Positions 60,517-64,000 of a DNA stretch of 64,000 nucleotides are shown piece after piece. Both the position numbers and the translations under genes were made by a program. The stretch is taken from assembly GCA_963665325.3 (NCBI GenBank), contig OZ224045.1, positions 192,001 through 256,000 on the forward strand, in the 5' to 3' direction. Position 1 is the stretch's first letter; every line of letters starts with the position of its first letter. This stretch comes from Alphaproteobacteria bacterium (lineage in GTDB: Bacteria > Pseudomonadota > Alphaproteobacteria > Bin95). Under the pieces are notes generated by a model. The model had not been told where the DNA came from. It saw nothing but the letters and a program-made list of their open reading frames with translations, and did not search any database.

Positions 60517-61944
60517 ATGATGCCTGAAGAATTCCGCCGCCACGCCCACCGCCTCGTGGACTGGATGGCCGACTATATGTCTGAGGTGGAACGTTTCCCG
60601 GTCCGCGCGCAGACGCGTCCCGGCGAGGTCGCGTCCGCCCTGCCCCCGGCGGCGCCCGAGGCAGGCGAGCCGATGGAAACCGTGTTCGCGGACTTCGAGC
60701 GCATCGTCATGCCCGGCATGACCCATTGGCAGCATCCGCGCTTCTTCGCCTATTTCCCGGCGAATTCGAGCCCGCCTTCGGTGCTGGCCGAGATGCTGAC
60801 GGCCGCGCTCGGCGCCCAGTGCATGCTGTGGCAGACCTCGCCCGCCGCCACCGAGATGGAATCCCGGATGCTGGACTGGCTGCGCCACGCCATCGGTCTG
60901 CCGGAGGGCTTCTCGGGAGTCATCCAGGATTCGGCGTCGTCGGCCATTCTTTGCGCCCTGTTGACGGCGCGCGAGCGGGCGACCGATGGCGCCGCGAACG
61001 AGCGGGGCCTTGCCGACGCCGGAGCAGCGCCGGTGGTTTACACCTCGGATCAGGCCCATTCGGCTACCGAAAAGGGAGCCAAAATAGCCGGTTACGGGCG
61101 CAACCATGTGAGACTGGTCGAGACTGGCGACGACTTCGCGATGAGAGCCGATGCGCTGGACGCGGCAATCCGCGCCGACAAGGCCGCCGGTCTCCGGCCC
61201 GCCTGCATCGTCGCAAGCATGGGCACGACCGGCGTCGGCGCCATCGACCGGCTGGACGAAATCGGCGCTGTCGCCCGGGCGCACGATGTCTTCCTGCATG
61301 TCGATGCCGCGTGGGCAGGCAGCGCGCTGATCTGCGAGGAACACCGCTGGATGCTACGGGGCATCGAGACCGTGGACAGCCTCGTCTTCAACCCCCACAA
61401 ATGGCTGCTGACCAATTTCGACTGCTCGGCGCATTTCGTTCGCGATCCGGACGCGCTCGTCCGCACACTTTCGATCCTCCCCGCCTACCTGCAAAGCCGC
61501 GAGGGAAACGCCGTGATCGACTATCGCGACTGGAGCGTGCCGCTGGGCCGGCGCTTCCGCGCGCTCAAGCTTTGGTTCGTGCTACGCAGCTATGGCCTCG
61601 TCGGATTGCGCGACATGATTCGGCGGCATATCGCGCTCGCGGAATGGCTTGAAGGCAAGATCGCAGCGCATCCGGACTTTGAGCTCATGGCTCCCAGGTC
61701 ATTGGCGCTACTCAATTTCCGTTACGCCCCTGCTTGGGCCGGGGCGCTCGACGAGTTGAACGAGCGTCTGCTGCACGCGATCAACGATGATGGGCGCATC
61801 TATCTGACGCAGGGCAGTGTGCGCGGGGCTTACGCAATCCGCGTCTCCATCGGCCAGACCGGCACCGAACGCATCCATGTCGAGCAGGCGTGGGAGGCGA
61901 TCGAGGCTGCCGCCGCCCGCCTGCAGTCCCATCCCAAGGTGTGA
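60517..61944 (+). CDS. PLP-dependent aromatic-L-amino-acid decarboxylase (group II)
   Basis: THWQHPRFFAYFP, SPAATEME, AHS, GTT, HVDAAWAG, NPHKW (PLP Lys), LGRRFRALKLWF. Confidence 0.88.
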   Translation: MMPEEFRRHAHRLVDWMADYMSEVERFPVRAQTRPGEVASALPPAAPEAGEPMETVFADFERIVMPGMTHWQHPRFFAYFPANSSPPSVLAEMLTAALGAQCMLWQTSPAATEMESRMLDWLRHAIGLPEGFSGVIQDSASSAILCALLTARERATDGAANERGLADAGAAPVVYTSDQAHSATEKGAKIAGYGRNHVRLVETGDDFAMRADALDAAIRADKAAGLRPACIVASMGTTGVGAIDRLDEIGAVARAHDVFLHVDAAWAGSALICEEHRWMLRGIETVDSLVFNPHKWLLTNFDCSAHFVRDPDALVRTLSILPAYLQSREGNAVIDYRDWSVPLGRRFRALKLWFVLRSYGLVGLRDMIRRHIALAEWLEGKIAAHPDFELMAPRSLALLNFRYAPAWAGALDELNERLLHAINDDGRIYLTQGSVRGAYAIRVSIGQTGTERIHVEQAWEAIEAAAARLQSHPKV

Positions 61945-62312
61945 GTAAAGTGAATTAAATCCTGATTTGGCTCGACCCCGAAAAAAGTGTGGTATGCTGT
62001 CCTTGAGGGAAGAGGCGTCCGGAGCCGCTTCCCCAGATCCGAAAAAATACCCGCAAAACCCACGGGAGACGTGCGCCCTGCGCTTGCCTCGCGCGCAGGC
62101 GCAATCAGGCGCGCGAACCGCGCCGGCGCCAACGGGCGCCCCCGCCCGCGCGCAAACTGCGCGCGAAAAAAGGGCTCCCCTCCCGGACCGGCAAGGAGAC
62201 GAGGATGATCGCAACCGACCCCCGCCCCGCACTGGCGGCGACGCTCGCCGCGCGCCCGGCGCATGGAGATCATGACATGACACATCGCGCGGGATTCCCC
62301 GGCAGCAGGGGC
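61945..62312. repeat. Structured intergenic element with tandem GC hairpins (candidate ncRNA or dispersed REP/MITE-like repeat)
   Basis: TG-G-TATGCT extended -10 at 61990-61998; four consecutive hairpins at 62072-62165; CATGA/CATGAC reiterations near 62262-62285. Confidence 0.4.
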
Positions 62313-62537
62313 CTACCCGGCCTTTGCGATCACGAAACGGTAGGGAGCGTCCGCCTCATGGGCTTCCACGATGTTGTGCCCCTCGGTCGCGCAGAAATGA
62401 CGCATGTCGATGGGCGATACCGGGTCGTCGGTCAGCACTTCCAGTCGGTCGCCGGGCGCCATCGTCTTGAGACGTTTGCGGGCCCGCAGGACCGGAATCG
62501 GGCAGCGCAGACCCGTAGCGTCCAGCACATCGGCCAT
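62313..62537 (-). CDS. tusA: TusA/SirA family sulfur carrier
   Basis: LDATGLRCPIP, LEVLTDDP..PIDM..FC. Confidence 0.88.
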   Translation of the reverse strand: MADVLDATGLRCPIPVLRARKRLKTMAPGDRLEVLTDDPVSPIDMRHFCATEGHNIVEAHEADAPYRFVIAKAG

Positions 62538-62540
62538 GGG

Positions 62541-63407
62541 TCAGAACGCGTTGAGCGGAATCTTGAGATAGGCGCGGCCGTTGCTTTCCGGCTCCGGCAG
62601 GTCTCCGCCGCGCATGTTGACCTGGATCGACGGCAAAAGCAGCGCCGGCACACCGAGCTCCCTGTCCCGTTCCGTGCGCATGGCGACGAAGGCCGATTCG
62701 TCGATCCCGTCGCGCACATGCCGGTTCGCCTTGCGTTCCTCCGCCACCGTCGTTTCCCAGGCGACGGGCCGCCCGCCCGGCGCGTAGTCGTGCCCGACGA
62801 AGACGCGCGTTTCGGGCGGCAGCGAAAGGATACGCCGCGCCGAACGGTAGAGCGCGGTTGCGTCGCCGCCGGGGAAGTCGCAGCGCGCCGTGCCGAAATC
62901 CGGCATGAACACCGTGTCGCCTGTGAACGCGGCGTCGCCGATGACATAGGTGACGCAGGCGGGCGTGTGCCCGGGCGTGTGCAGCACCTGCGCTTCCACG
63001 CGTCCTACCTGGAACCGCGCTTCGTCGGCGAACAGCCAGTCGAATTGCGAACCGTCGGTCAGGAACTCCGGCGGCAGGTTGTAGATGTCCTTGAAGACCG
63101 CCTGCACATCGACGATGTGGCCGCCGATGGCCGTTCGGCCGCCGAGCGCTCCTTTCAGGAAGGCGCCGGCGCTCAGATGATCGGCATGGACATGGGTTTC
63201 GAGTATCCATTCCACGGCAAGCCCGCGTTCCCGGACCCGCTCCATGAGCTGCTCCGCGAATGCGGTTTCCGTTCGCCCGGAATAGATGTCGTAGTCGAGC
63301 ACCGGATCGACAATGGCGGCCTGGCCTGTCTCCGGGCAGGCAACGATATAGCTCACGGTCGAGCTGGCTTCGTGAAACAGCGCCTCAACCAGCGGTCTTT
63401 CGGCCAA
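62541..63407 (-). CDS. MBL-fold persulfide dioxygenase (Blh/ETHE1-like)
   Basis: IVDPVLDY, ETHVHADHLS, HTPGHT, GTARCDFPGG, VGHDY, LKIPLN. Confidence 0.87.
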   Translation of the reverse strand: MAERPLVEALFHEASSTVSYIVACPETGQAAIVDPVLDYDIYSGRTETAFAEQLMERVRERGLAVEWILETHVHADHLSAGAFLKGALGGRTAIGGHIVDVQAVFKDIYNLPPEFLTDGSQFDWLFADEARFQVGRVEAQVLHTPGHTPACVTYVIGDAAFTGDTVFMPDFGTARCDFPGGDATALYRSARRILSLPPETRVFVGHDYAPGGRPVAWETTVAEERKANRHVRDGIDESAFVAMRTERDRELGVPALLLPSIQVNMRGGDLPEPESNGRAYLKIPLNAF

Positions 63408-63471
63408 GAGTCGCCCTCCCTCGCCGGGAGACGCTATCCTATACCGGATTCACAAACGGGAGAACGCATCC

Positions 63472-64000
63472 GTGAACGCGCCGCTGATCGACTACCGCTC
63501 CGAAGACGGCATCGCAACGATTACGCTGAACCGGCCCGACAAGATGAATGCGCTATCGAACGGGCTGGTCGCCGAACTGATCCAGGCTTTCGAACGGTTG
63601 CAGGACGGCGACGACCGCGTCGCGATCCTGACCGGCGCCGGCGAGCGAGCTTTCTCGGTGGGCGCAGACCTGCGCGACCCGCCCCGCGACCCGGAACTCT
63701 GGGAATGCATGCCGGGCGTGGGCGTCATGGTGGACAAGCCGATCATCGCCGCCGTTCACGGTTACTGCGTCGGCGGGGCCTTCTGTCTGGTCGAATTCTG
63801 CGACCTCGCCGTAGCCGACGAAACCGCGGACTTCTTCTATCCCGAGGCACAAATCGGCTTCTGCGGCGGGCTGATCGCCGGGCTGGCGGCGCGTATTCCG
63901 CACAAGCTGGCCATGGAATTCATGATGACCGGGAAGCATTTCGACGCGGAGCGCGCTGCGGAGACCGGCATGGTCAACCGCGCCGTACCGAGAGGCGAGT
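63472..64000 (+). CDS. Enoyl-CoA hydratase/isomerase family protein (runs off the window end)
   Basis: From GTG 63472: ATITLNRPDKMNAL, AFSVGADL, KPIIAAVHGYCVGG, PEAQIG. Confidence 0.85.
   Translation, partial: MNAPLIDYRSEDGIATITLNRPDKMNALSNGLVAELIQAFERLQDGDDRVAILTGAGERAFSVGADLRDPPRDPELWECMPGVGVMVDKPIIAAVHGYCVGGAFCLVEFCDLAVADETADFFYPEAQIGFCGGLIAGLAARIPHKLAMEFMMTGKHFDAERAAETGMVNRAVPRGE

Noticed and set aside
61708-62285. Short ORFs spanning the 61945-62312 gap (61967-62275, 61987-62208, 61830-62285, 61708-62283)
   Set aside because: Ala/Arg/Pro-rich translations of palindromic DNA, no recognisable motifs, and mutually overlapping.

Overview
GC-rich, gene-dense chromosomal segment of an alphaproteobacterium. 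The conserved mltB-rlpA-dac-tmk-holB-metG-tatD-MBL-mazG, ispH-thrB-rnhA and aroQ-accB-accC-aat blocks suggest a Rhodospirillales-like lineage (inference). About 58 CDSs, one tRNA-Arg(CCG) and a BrnT/BrnA toxin-antitoxin pair are present; no CRISPR array, rRNA, transposase or integrase was seen. The window appears to span the replication terminus: a near-consensus 28-bp dif (XerC/XerD) site lies at 23580-23607, and the GGGNAGGG (KOPS) motifs I found by eye switch strand around it. Unusually, this dif site is read in frame as the linker of a PhnP-like MBL hydrolase-MazG fusion ORF. The best candidate for an undescribed system is the 7-gene locus at 3525-13082. It has two parallel modules, each pairing a small output-less membrane sensor with a large protein carrying a homologous sensor+HAMP N-terminus; one ends in a PP2C/SpoIIE phosphatase and the other in an MFS transporter. 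Between them lie one solute-binding protein and two paralogous, non-canonical D-Ala-D-Ala-ligase-like ATP-grasp enzymes. Other highlights are an in-frame MntR-oligopeptidase B fusion, a multi-hairpin intergenic element behind an extended -10 promoter (61945-62312), a TA module inside an incomplete peptide-ABC cluster, and a convergently arranged TRAP transporter with a sigma54-like promoter. All product calls come from motif recognition by eye, not database searches.
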